NCBI GenBank assembly: GCA_951406725.2
Contig: OX597814.1
Location: forward strand, 9,176,001-9,240,000
Direction: 5' to 3'
Source: Octopus vulgaris
Taxonomy: Eukaryota
DNA: 64,000 nucleotides
How positions within the stretch are numbered: the stretch's first letter is position 1; each line of letters opens with the position of its first letter. The notes beneath the pieces were generated by a model that searched no databases, was not told where the DNA came from, and saw only the letters and a program-made list of their open reading frames with translations. Below, piece after piece: positions 55,501-63,446 of the stretch. Position numbers and translations under genes: made by a program.

Positions 55501-56720
55501 TGGAAGGGTAGCATTCCGATGGTGAGGCAATCTATTTGCTGCCAACATCCGTTAAATGGGGGACTGGGGATGCCATAGCTGATGATGCGCAGACATGCGC
55601 TGACACTGCGGCATCTCTGGAACTTCATTGATGACGGTGAACAGGTGTGGGTGCCATTTGTGAGGCGTGCCTTCTTGCAACTCGTCTCACTCACTGGACT
55701 GCAAACATGGATCAAAAAGAGACTGAAATTAGGTGAATGGCACTGCGAGTAGTGCCAAGCTCTACAGCAGCTCTACCGTCTGCGATCAAACTTGTGCAGC
55801 TTCGAAACGACCAATGCATTCTATAGAGAACTACTCTTGGTACAAACCTGGGTGTTGACAAGAAATTCCTAACCCGCCTTCTCAGGACGACATTTGGACC
55901 GAGACCTATGGATAACTTCCAGAGATCCCTGACTTGGCAATGCTATCAGGATGCACTACCAGTTCGAGAGAAGATCTACAAACATGGTTCGAAAACCACC
56001 GGACCGACCTGCCCGAGATGCGGTCAGAGTGATGAAACTGTTCTGCACTCACTCGCGCAGTGTCCAGCTATTTCAGAGCTGTGGACCTTCACTGAATGGT
56101 TGTTGTCATGTATGGGATGGGCCATCAACCGAATCAATCATGAATATTATCCTGCCACCTTCCTTTAAACAGGAAGGAAAAATAGTTTTCGAAACACTGT
56201 AGCTATGGCAAAAGAATGCAGGTGGTGGGCGCGTTTAAAAGGTTTACAAACAAACACTTTCCTCTCTGGCCAGTCTCTCATAAACGTTTTCAAGTACCAC
56301 TTGAAAAGGAGGATGAGAATAGAGAGGAAAGTGTTATCAAATGAATGTTTCAATAAAAAATGGGTAAATGTGGCAAGAATAGTAAGTACGAAAGACAATA
56401 CCATTTTAAGCATAAACGTATCACAAAAAGAGAGAAAAGGTACTTGCTTTCTTGTACTTTTTATAAGCTGCCTGAGGTGACCTCGGTCATTTTTGTAGGT
56501 TTTTCTCTCCAAGGATACACCTAAACTGTGAACAATATCTATTCCCCTTTTTGGGGGAACTTTATATTTTTTTGTACACCACACAGACCAAAGATTTCAA
56601 TCCCTATTGATTTGACTTTTACTTTGTGTGTCCCACCCACTCCACCTTGAAAAGAAAAACTCTACATTGTATTTTGTCCACATTCTGTGTTTAGCCCTGT
56701 GTGGCCATAATAAAAAGATA

Positions 56721-56753
<33 letters not shown>

Positions 56754-59700
56754 TTATCTATCTATCTAATCTATCTATCTAGCTGATGGACAGACATTAG
56801 TGAAATTGGCTACACGTAAGTTGGCTATTTAGTGCTTTAAAAAGTTTGTATTGTAAAATATTTTTTATGCAAAAGTTGTCTAACAACTTACACATTCAGG
56901 ATTGCTGAATATTTTCATAGGAAATTATCCCTCTGTGGTGAAATTTCCAAATTTTAAAAGGCTGTCTTCAGCTCGCATGAATCCATTTACACATACCACC
57001 AGCACAGGTGACAATTGGCTGCTCTGACAACGACCACACTCAGATGGTGCTCTTAGCACCCTACTAGCACGGGCAGTGCCAGTAAGGTGACGCTGGTAAC
57101 GATCACGCTCGAATGGTGCCCTTTAAGTGCCACTGGCACGGAAGCCGGTTACCTGCTCTGTCAATGATCATACTCGTATGGTGCTCTTTGCACCCTGCCA
57201 GCACGGACGCCAGTCATCGAATTTGAATCAACCTAGCAAAAACCAAAGTCCTAGTAAATAGGAAGTCAGACAAATCACAAATTACTTCAGCTAGATGGCC
57301 CTGCTTGATGTGTAGAAAAGGTGTAGGTAGAAACTCTGTAAGATGTACCCAGTGTAAGCTATGGATGCATAAGAGGTGCAGCAATATCAAAGGAAGGCAA
57401 ACTAGGAAGATAGATTTTGTGTGTGGCAATAAACACAGTAAATGTGCAGAAAATAGCTTCTGTCACATTCCAGGCAGAAAAACTAGAAGTAGTTGATAGC
57501 TTCTGTTACCTAGGTGACCAAGTCAGTAGTGGGGGAGGGTGTGCTGAAAGTGTAGCGGCTAGAATAAGAACAGCCTGGGCGAAGTTCAGAGAGCTCTTAC
57601 CTCTGCTGGTGGCAAAGGGCCTCTCGCTCGGAGGTAAAGGTAGACTGCATGACGCATGTGTACGAACAGCCATGCTGCATGGTAGCGAAACTTGGGCCAT
57701 GGCTGTTGAGGATATGCGTAAGCTTGCAAGGAATGAAGCCAGTATGATTCACTGGAGGTGCAATTTCAGTGTGCATACACAACAGAGTGTAAGCACCCTG
57801 AAAGAAAAGTTGGATTTAAGAAGCATCAGATGTGATGTGCAAGAGAGACGACAGCACTGGTATGGTTATGTGGTGAGTAAGGATGAGGACAGCTGCTGTA
57901 CAGCTGTGTGAAAAAGTGTCACACCCTAGCAGCAGAGAGAACCTGGCAGTAGAGGGAAGACCTGGGATGAGGTGATGAAGCACGACCTTCGAACATTGGG
58001 TTTTACTGAGGCAATGATAAGTGACCGAGACTTTTGGAGATATGCTGTGCTTGAGAAGACCCGGCAAGCCAAGTGAGATCATAACCCATGGCATCTGCCA
58101 GTGTAGCATAACCAGCCCATTTAAGAGTACCCTTCAATCATTAGCCAATAAACTGCACTTGAGGAGACCTGCTGAGACAAGTGAAGTCATTGTCATGGCC
58201 AATGATAGTACCACCTGATTGGCACCCATGCCTGTGGTACATTAAAAGCACCATTCAAGCGTGATTGTTGCCAGTGCCACCTGACTGGTTCCTGTGCCAG
58301 TGGCATGTAAAAAGCATCATTTGAGCATGGTCAATGCCAGTACCACCTGACTGGCCCTTGTGCTGGTGGCATTTGAAAAGCACCCACTACATTGTCGGAG
58401 TGGTTGGCATTAGGAACGGCATCCAGCTGTAGAAACATTGCCAGATTGGATTGAAGCCTGGTGCAGCCTTCTGGCTTGCCTGCCCTCAATCAAACCGTCC
58501 AACCCATGCCAGTATGGAAAGCGGATGTTAAATGATGATGATGAACATCAAACAACAAACAACAAAAACATCAACCAACCTTTGCTATTTTTTTGTCTTC
58601 TTGAGGTAAAACAACAAAGTAAACATCTTTGATCTGGCTTGAATTTTGATCTGAGTAGTTTTTCACTGCTTCATACATTGTTCTGGGTAGTTTTTCAATG
58701 GGGTACTTCATTTCAGCCCCTAAAATAGGAAATGCCAGGCTTTTTGCTCCCATTCTCTCAGCATTTTCCAGACAAGTGGTTATTATTCGAGTCAAGTTTG
58801 CCAGAATCTAATAAAAAATAATTGTTTAGTAATTGATAATGAACATTTTATTAAATTATTTTCTTATTACAGGAAGAAACCATTAAGTTGTAATAAATAT
58901 ATCCTCCTCTCACAACTCCTCTCACTTCTAAACACAACTGTCATTCCTATCACTCTTTAGTCCTGCAAGGGACAAGGCAACCTCACTCATGATGCTGCTA
59001 CAATAAAACAGACCCAATCCACCGTGTAAAATGGTTGGTGAATGAAGAGAGAGAATGCAGACCCAAGAGGAGTCTTTAGTGTTGTTGAGGACATGACAAC
59101 CTCTCTAGTGCTCGTGCCATGACAGAGAAAAACTCACCAATACAGAGAGTAAAACAGAGAAATATGTTTTAATATAGTCTTATTTATCAGTCATATAACT
59201 GTTGTTAGGCCATGAGGCTTTTTTCCTTCTATTTATATATAAAAGTGTCCCGTTCATCGATATCTTCTGCTTCCTTCCAATGATAACTTGGAAGAACAAA
59301 TATTAAACAGGATGCTGACATTTGCTTTATGATTCTCACACAACATGCATAAGGTTCTCTTCAAACATTAACTGTTTCAATAAATCAATATCATATGATT
59401 GATACTTACTGAATCAGAGGAATTTTCATCCCAGGGAGGTAATGCCAGATGAAATACATTCTTACATTTGAGGTTATATCCTTTAGTGATGGCTATTTTA
59501 GATGTAGAAATACCTTGAGGATATTTCTGGTTACATTCATCTTGTATCTGTGGACCAGCAGCAAAGAGAATATATTTGGAGATAGCACCACTGTCAAGCT
59601 GGAGTTCTTCATTGGTGCTGTTAACGATGACATCAACCTACAAAAGTAATTTATGGTAAACAGCTAAGGAACATTCCATGGAGAGAAAAGAGATACATTG

Positions 59701-60055
59701 TTGCAGTTGATATTGTTGTTAAGAAAGGCTCTACAGAATGGCTGTAGTAAGTTTGAGGTTGTTAAAGTTAGCAAAAGATATACTCAAGATATCAGATGTG
59801 AAGGAAATAAAATGTTTGAGTTTGATTGAGAAAATGTTTTAATTACCTGTAATGATTCCTTATTTGGAAATGAAATAACAATTAAATAAAAATATGTCAC
59901 ATGAATCTTTTTACTCACAGATGCATTAGTAATTGAACCAATTGTTAGGTTTATTTCAATGCCAGCATTTTCTCTGGATGTCTCATTAGTCCTGGGTGTC
60001 ATAGAGGATGGTTCCTGTTGTGAGCCAGGAAGGGATGCGTTTGACGATGCGGTGT
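6087..60055 (-). CDS. Internal portion of a multi-macrodomain (PARP14/PARP9/PARP15-like) gene; 12 exons = 3 tandem 4-exon macrodomain modules, 647 codons in frame
   Basis: Hand-spliced join(60055..59919,59637..59410,58807..58580,44661..44607,39559..39423,39141..38914,38315..38091,25696..25642,20580..20444,20162..19935,19324..19097,6141..6087). All introns are GT-AG, phases are compatible (A 1->0, B 0->0, C 0->0, D 0->1) and there are no stops. Motifs DVIVNST..L.L..G.ISK.IL.AAGP.IQ.EC..., [22 protein letters not shown] resemble PARP14 macro2/3. No PARP catalytic domain is in the window. Confidence 0.85.
6222..7406 (+). mobile_element. RTE-clade LINE 3' part with tandem ~60-bp 3' UTR repeats and (GAT)n tail; specific to this module
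   Basis: [28 protein letters not shown].., RRLRWYGHV; absent from the paralogous site at ~25760. Confidence 0.88.
7440..8360 (+). mobile_element. Old Penelope-like fragment (possible decayed GIY-YIG end + pLTR with hammerhead); paralogs at ~25790..26735 and ~44755..45700
   Basis: [10 protein letters not shown] resembles [10 protein letters not shown] of the Penelope ORF at 24384; hammerhead downstream on the same strand; ~55-bp direct repeat at ~7965 and ~8285. Confidence 0.45.
8089..8162 (+). ncRNA. Type I hammerhead ribozyme-like motif (degenerate stems II/III)
   Basis: gctacagg..ctgtca CTGATGA ..13 nt.. GAAA atacgtg ATC tggcag..cctgtagc; stem I ctgtca/tggcag and outer gctacagg/cctgtagc pair. 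Confidence 0.6.
8385..8685 (+). mobile_element. Degenerate SINE fragment with RTE-like tail
   Basis: ggtgagggttggtgacaggaaaggcatc..gccatagaaaatc and (GAT/GGT)n tail. Confidence 0.5.
8797..10356. repeat. Compound simple repeat (CT/CCTA/TCTG/TCTA/TATG) containing a 32-bp minisatellite (~31 copies, ~9035..10022)
   Basis: Unit tctgtctagctatccatcaatccatcca(tata/cata/catg/gctg). Confidence 0.95.
10358..14782 (+). mobile_element. Tx1-like (L1 clade) LINE, 5' truncated in ORF1, decayed ORF2 (APE, RT, C-terminal zinc finger)
   Basis: [16 protein letters not shown] knuckle; [12 protein letters not shown]; GYWKL; [13 protein letters not shown]; LDQSK.FDRVDH; QGCPLS; AYTDDVTV. Confidence 0.9.
14797..15034 (-). 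mobile_element. tRNA-derived SINE fragment (octopus OK-like)
   Basis: ttacttgtttcagtcatt..gac..gcc.tgctggagca, as at 26850 and 61915. Confidence 0.6.
15035..17340 (-). mobile_element. RTE-clade LINE (RT region + 3' UTR + tail), minus strand
   Basis: [37 protein letters not shown]; [10 protein letters not shown]; (CAT)n at the left end. Confidence 0.92.
17355..19057 (+). mobile_element. RTE-clade LINE 3' half, plus strand
   Basis: [36 protein letters not shown]; (GAT)n tail 40 nt from exon C. Confidence 0.92.
19097..19324 (-). CDS. Macrodomain module 1 exon C: [76 protein letters not shown]
   Basis: Overlaps ORF 19088..19312; canonical FP..GxG..(G/K)YP loop. Confidence 0.92.
19935..20162 (-). 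CDS. Macrodomain module 1 exon B: [76 protein letters not shown]
   Basis: 228 nt, acceptor ttttcag, donor gtaagt. Confidence 0.92.
20444..20580 (-). CDS. Macrodomain module 1 exon A: (D)[45 protein letters not shown]
   Basis: Overlaps ORF 20309..20527; 137 nt, GT-AG. Confidence 0.85.
20857..20911. repeat. (AAT)n microsatellite at R4/Dong 5' junction
   Basis: Direct reading. Confidence 0.95.
20912..22372 (+). mobile_element. R4/Dong-type LINE, 5' truncated
   Basis: [50 protein letters not shown]; (AAT)n on both sides. Confidence 0.9.
22376..22555. repeat. (AAT)n microsatellite between two Dong elements
   Basis: Direct reading. Confidence 0.95.
22556..23662 (+). mobile_element. Second R4/Dong-type LINE 3' part
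   Basis: [53 protein letters not shown]. Confidence 0.9.
23683..25575. mobile_element. Penelope-like element: GIY-YIG endonuclease 3' end + pLTR, with inverted duplication (arms ~23745..24533 / ~24789..25575)
   Basis: ORF 24384..24746(-) [43 protein letters not shown]; right arm is the reverse complement of the left arm. Confidence 0.9.
23860..23904 (-). ncRNA. Minimal type I hammerhead ribozyme of Penelope pLTR (core variant CUGAUGC)
   Basis: ggacca CTGATGC g gtcac-aggagt-gtgac GAAA gaac TC tggcc; inverted-arm copy 25408..25452 has core decayed to CTTTTGC. Confidence 0.65.
25642..25696 (-). CDS. Macrodomain module 2 exon D: [18 protein letters not shown]+G
   Basis: Identical to 44607..44661; GT-AG. 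Confidence 0.8.
26460..26533 (+). ncRNA. Hammerhead-like motif, paralog of 8089..8162 (more degenerate)
   Basis: ctgtca CTGATGA aactgagcaaagc GAAA atacatg ATC tggcag. Confidence 0.5.
26836..27168 (-). mobile_element. tRNA-derived SINE (octopus OK-like), head truncated by Tx1
   Basis: (tcttttac)n tail, gactgcggccatgctggagcaccgcc, aaatccactcacaagg, gaagacacttgcccaag. Confidence 0.8.
27170..30770 (+). mobile_element. Tx1-like LINE with 5' UTR, ORF1 (CCHC) and internally deleted ORF2
   Basis: [20 protein letters not shown]; [19 protein letters not shown] (APE). Confidence 0.88.
30775..33638 (+). mobile_element. Second Tx1-like LINE (ORF1 remnant + decayed ORF2), ending in (TCTA)n
   Basis: [47 protein letters not shown]. 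Confidence 0.88.
34030..36335 (-). mobile_element. RTE LINE, duplicate of 15035..17340
   Basis: ORF 35733..35948 RT motifs. Confidence 0.9.
36346..38051 (+). mobile_element. RTE LINE, duplicate of 17355..19057
   Basis: Near-identical sequence. Confidence 0.9.
38091..38315 (-). CDS. Macrodomain module 2 exon C: [75 protein letters not shown]
   Basis: Overlaps ORF 38082..38303; 225 nt, GT-AG. Confidence 0.9.
38914..39141 (-). CDS. Macrodomain module 2 exon B: [76 protein letters not shown]
   Basis: Within ORF 38881..39183; acceptor ttttcag, donor gtaagt. Confidence 0.92.
39423..39559 (-). CDS. Macrodomain module 2 exon A: (D)[45 protein letters not shown]
   Basis: Same splice sites as other A exons, 137 nt. 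Confidence 0.85.
39886..42632 (+). mobile_element. Two R4/Dong-type LINEs separated by (AAT)n, duplicate of 20912..23662
   Basis: ORFs 40520..40804 and 42077..42463 identical to copy 1. Confidence 0.9.
42653..44540. mobile_element. Penelope-like inverted element, duplicate of 23683..25575 (hammerheads 42830..42874 minus and decayed 44373..44417 plus)
   Basis: ORF 43350..43712 GIY-YIG. Confidence 0.9.
44607..44661 (-). CDS. Macrodomain module 3 exon D: [18 protein letters not shown]+G
   Basis: Acceptor gatttttacag, donor gtaaac, 55 nt; supplies the C-terminal helix and joins the next exon A in phase 1 (G|AC = Asp). Confidence 0.8.
45426..45499 (+). ncRNA. Hammerhead-like motif, duplicate of 26460..26533
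   Basis: Identical core. Confidence 0.5.
45798..46134 (-). mobile_element. tRNA-SINE (OK-like), duplicate of 26836..27168
   Basis: Identical sequence. Confidence 0.8.
46136..51548 (+). mobile_element. Tx1-like LINE, near full extent, decayed, interrupted by an LTR-like insert; followed by (TCTG)n(TCTA)n
   Basis: ORF1 CCHC, APE, RT ([14 protein letters not shown]), C-terminal MDNFQR.LAWQCY. Confidence 0.88.
49039..49494. mobile_element. Probable solo LTR (456 bp, TGTAG...CTACA) inserted in Tx1 RT, 4-bp TSD tgct/ttct
   Basis: Interrupts the GLPY.L|YCHMPDLF coding sequence; TG..CA termini with short inverted ends. Confidence 0.65.
51553..51720. repeat. (TCTG)n(TCTA)n(TCCA)n microsatellite
   Basis: Direct reading. 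Confidence 0.95.
51744..52020. mobile_element. 277-bp foldback MITE, ~120-bp TIRs, TGT...ACA ends, perfect 4-bp TSD AGGT
   Basis: 51744..51863 is the approximate reverse complement of 51901..52020; aggt at 51740-43 and 52021-24. Confidence 0.88.
52030..56720 (+). mobile_element. Tx1-like LINE with internally deleted ORF1 and the best-preserved ORF2 in the window (APE 53053..53814, RT 54208..55494); ends in (TCTG)n(TCTA)n
   Basis: [78 protein letters not shown]. Confidence 0.93.
56995..57220 (-). mobile_element. RTE 3' UTR-like tandem repeat fragment, opposite orientation to the adjacent RTE
   Basis: cacgctcgaatggtgc..tgccactggcacg is the reverse complement of the RTE 3' UTR unit. Confidence 0.5.
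57226..58543 (+). mobile_element. RTE LINE 3' part, paralog of 17665..19057
   Basis: ORF 57417..57911 [33 protein letters not shown]. Confidence 0.92.
58580..58807 (-). CDS. Macrodomain module 3 exon C: [76 protein letters not shown]
   Basis: Acceptor tttttattag, donor gttggt, 228 nt; SLAFP motif. Confidence 0.9.
59410..59637 (-). CDS. Macrodomain module 3 exon B: [76 protein letters not shown]
   Basis: Acceptor acttttgtag, donor gtaagt, 228 nt; macrodomain core motifs. Confidence 0.92.
59919..60055 (-). CDS. Macrodomain module 3 exon A (Ser/Pro linker + N-terminal strand): (D)[45 protein letters not shown]
   Basis: Acceptor tttatttccag, donor gtgagt, 137 nt. Confidence 0.85.
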
Positions 60056-60377
60056 CTGGAAATAAACAAAATTCTTTATGTGCTTTGATTAATTTCTAAT
60101 TTTCAATCAAACGTTCTTCTCTGTATTTAAAGAACCACTTTATTCCATATAGACAGTAATATCGGTTGGAAATTTTGGCACAGGGCCATCAATTTCAAGA
60201 GGCACCAAAAGTTGATTTTATTGACTCCAGATTTCAACTGGTTCTCATTTTATAGACCCTGAAAAGATGCAACTCAGACTGATGAAATGCAGCTAAACAT
60301 TTCACCCAATTTGCTGATGATTGTACCAGCTCACCACCTCACAACAGCAGCAGCAGCAGCAGTAGTAGTAGTAATAA

Positions 60378-61815
60378 GTGCAATGTATACAAACAGCCTG
60401 CATGGATGGAAAGTTAAACCAGTAAATAATCCCACTAAGAGCAGATGTATTCTTTTCTACTTGAAGCAAGCAAAGGGAAACTAATAAACCCAACCAACTA
60501 ATAAGAATAATTGCTAAACATGACCTTTACAAGGAAACAAAGGATACACAGATTGAAATCCTCAAAATAAAAACTACAATTAAAAACCAAATGACAAAAA
60601 ATGCTTATCATTCCATAGACAAAACATTCTATTCAAGTAGAACACAAATAAATTCTACAGGGAACTGGAGAAAAATACCATTATAGTGAAAACATCTCTT
60701 TCCCAGCAGCAAACTGAAGATGTTTGGAAAAACATTTGAAGTAATCGAAAGGAGTTTTATCAGAAAGCACATTAGGTCAGGGACATAGAAGAGGCCAATG
60801 CCCACCGCAAATATCAAGAATGGCAGGATATAACAATTGTAGAAGTGAAAGTGGTGCTCGCCAAATCAAAGAAATGGAAATGTCCAGGTATTGATAAGAT
60901 TCCCAATTTTTGGCTAAATTCTTTAACGAGCACCCACCACAACTTAGCCCTAGCATTCAATGGAGTCATGTCCAACCCTGCAAAAACCCCAAAGTGACTC
61001 ACAGAAGGGATTACATATCTCTTACCAAAAACAGAAAAAACTACTAACCCTGCAAAATACCAACCCATACCACGCCTCACCACCATATATAAACTGTTAA
61101 CATCTATGATAGTGAATAGAGCATATGAATTCTTGGAAGTTACTCCTAGTGGCACAACAAAAGGGATGTAAAAGGAGTTCATATGGATGTAAGGACCAAT
61201 TAATGATTGATAAAATGGTCATTGAAAATTGCAAATCCAAATGCAGAAACCTTAGCACCACTTGGATAGATTGCAAGAAGGCTTGTGACAGTGTCCCCCA
61301 TGCATGAATCATCAAGGCCCTGGAAGTTTACAAGACAGCTCCAACAATTGTGAACTTTTTAAAAATAATCATGAATTTGTGGAGAACCAGCTTCATTTTA
61401 AACCAAATACAAGGATATACCACCTCACCAGACATCAATATCACCTGTGGTATCTTTCACCATTACTCTTCTGCCTCGCTCTGTTCCCTTTATCCACACA
61501 AGTGAATAATGCTAAGAGAGGATGTAAGATGTTTGACCAGAAAATTAATCAGCAGCTCTATATGGATGATCTAAAACTGCCAAAAACAACAAAGAATTAG
61601 AAGAGCTCCTGAATATTGTCAAGGAATTCAGCTCTGATATAGGCATGGAATTCGGACTTGATAAATGTGCCAAGGCTACTTTCAAGGCAGGGAAGTTCAT
61701 AAGGGCAGAAAACATAGAACTTGATATTACCAGTGCTATTTGAAACTTAGACCAATCCGAAGTATACAAATATCTGGGAACCAATGAAGGTGATGGTATC
61801 CAGCACTCTATAACT
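60378..61815 (+). mobile_element. R4/Dong-type LINE RT fragment (different insertion from that in modules 1/2)
   Basis: WKCPGIDKIPNFW, YQPI..LTTIYKLLTS, QKGCKRSSYGCKDQLMID, WIDCKKACDSVPH, LYMDDLKL, MEFGLDKCAK. Confidence 0.88.
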
Positions 61816-61910
61816 CTTGGTTCAACATTTTTGGACATAAGAAAATAAAACACTTATTTCAAGAAATTTCTCTTTGAAGAATCATTAGTAGGAAATGTGT
61901 GTGTATATAT

Positions 61911-62272
61911 TACTCTTTTCTTGTTTCGGTCATTTGATTGTGACCATGCTGGAGCACTGCCTTTAGTCGAAGAAATTGACCCCAAGACTCATTCTTTGTA
62001 AGCCTGGTGCTTTTTCTATCAGTCTCTTTTGCTGTAAACACACCAGCATCGGATGTCAAGTGGGGCAACAAACACAGAGACACATAAATATATACATATA
62101 TATATATATATATGACAGGCTTCTTTCAGTTTCCATCTATTGAATCAACTTACAAGGCTTTGTTCTGCCCAGGGCTATAGTAGAAGACACTTGCCCAATG
62201 TGCCACATAGTGGGACTGAACCTGGAACCATGTGATTGGTAAGGAAGCAACTTACCACACAGCCATGCCTGC
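61911..62272 (-). mobile_element. Full-length tRNA-derived SINE (octopus OK-like) with Pol III A/B boxes
   Basis: Minus-strand head TGGCTGTGTGGTAAG...GGTTCAGTCCC; body matches the 26836 copy. Confidence 0.82.
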
Positions 62273-62329
62273 ACACACACACATACACACACATATATAT
62301 ATATTGCAAATAAGAAAATGGAGAAACAC

Positions 62330-63445
62330 ATTAGTTGGTTAATCAGCTTTAGGATATTAGAATGTTGCCTTCAAAACTACAACCATAATAACATACATAT
62401 ATACAGTATAAAATTCAATACATTTAAGATAAGAATACAAGTAGTTATTAAAAAAACATTAATATAAATTGTTAGAATCATTAAAATCACTTACAGCTGT
62501 TTCAGCCTATAGAAAAAAGTAGTTTTTCAGTGCCTATACATGTCAATTATATTGAGGTTGTAGGCAGTTAAAAATGGGGTACTTGTATATATCCATAGGC
62601 CTCATCAGAGATTATAAAGTACTTTCAAAATATAAATATATACATGAAACAGGATACACGTACAATTTAATATATATATATAAATATATATCCATATACA
62701 CATATATATATAAGAAAATATATACACCTATACATGTACATAAATAGGCACAATTAAACATATGTACAAGCATATAGACAATTAATTATATACATATGCA
62801 TACATATATACTGGAACATACATATACATCCATATCCATGAATACACATATAATATTTAATTATTACTAATATTATTATCATTATTATTATTATTAATAA
62901 TAATAATAATATTAGATTCAGTGTAATTTTCACTTCACAATAGTATAGGAGATTCCAATATATAGTATACTATGATATAATATAAACAGTTAGTTACGAA
63001 AGATGTAATCTTATTAATTATAAAATCACAGTCAATATATACTTGTAACATACAGTTAGACCAGGGTTATTACAATATTATTCTTCTGAATACACATAAG
63101 TCCCTGCGTGTGGGCAACAAATAGAAGCAACATGCATATATACGTACAAAAATACACCAATATCTATATGAAATTTTTTTTTGTTTTCGTCATAACAAAA
63201 TTATACATACATGTTAATACACCGAATTAATAATATAATTTAATTTCACAGAATATTTTGTAATATGTGTTCATTTGTTAAGAGATAATAGATTAGCTAC
63301 AAGAGTCTTGTTATTTGTTATATATTAATATTTTAGTGGTTTAAATCTATCGGTAATTGGGGAGCGATTATTTTTAATCATAAGTTAAATCTAATTGGTT
63401 GACAAATTTGAATTACTTTGTCTTAGTTACGGTTGGTTGATTGAA
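62330..63445 (-). mobile_element. Probable Penelope-like pLTR/3' end hosting the hammerhead; AT-rich with (TA/TG)n and (ATT)n
   Basis: Hammerhead with palindromic stem III; possible ORF end ..DRFKPLKY* near 63330-63360. Confidence 0.45.
62484..62615 (-). ncRNA. Type I hammerhead ribozyme with extended, branched stem II
   Basis: aatct CTGATGA ggcctatgg ..~80 nt.. ctataggct GAAA cagctg TA agtgatt; 9-bp stem II base, internal tgccta/taggca hairpin, palindromic stem III. Confidence 0.72.
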
Positions 63446-63446
63446 A

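Larger units (their letters stand above)
57226..60328. repeat. Third paralogous block (RTE tail + exons C, B, A), homologous to ~17665..20852 and ~36655..39832
   Basis: Intron sequences align closely; shared RTE insertion next to the exon C donor. Confidence 0.95.
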
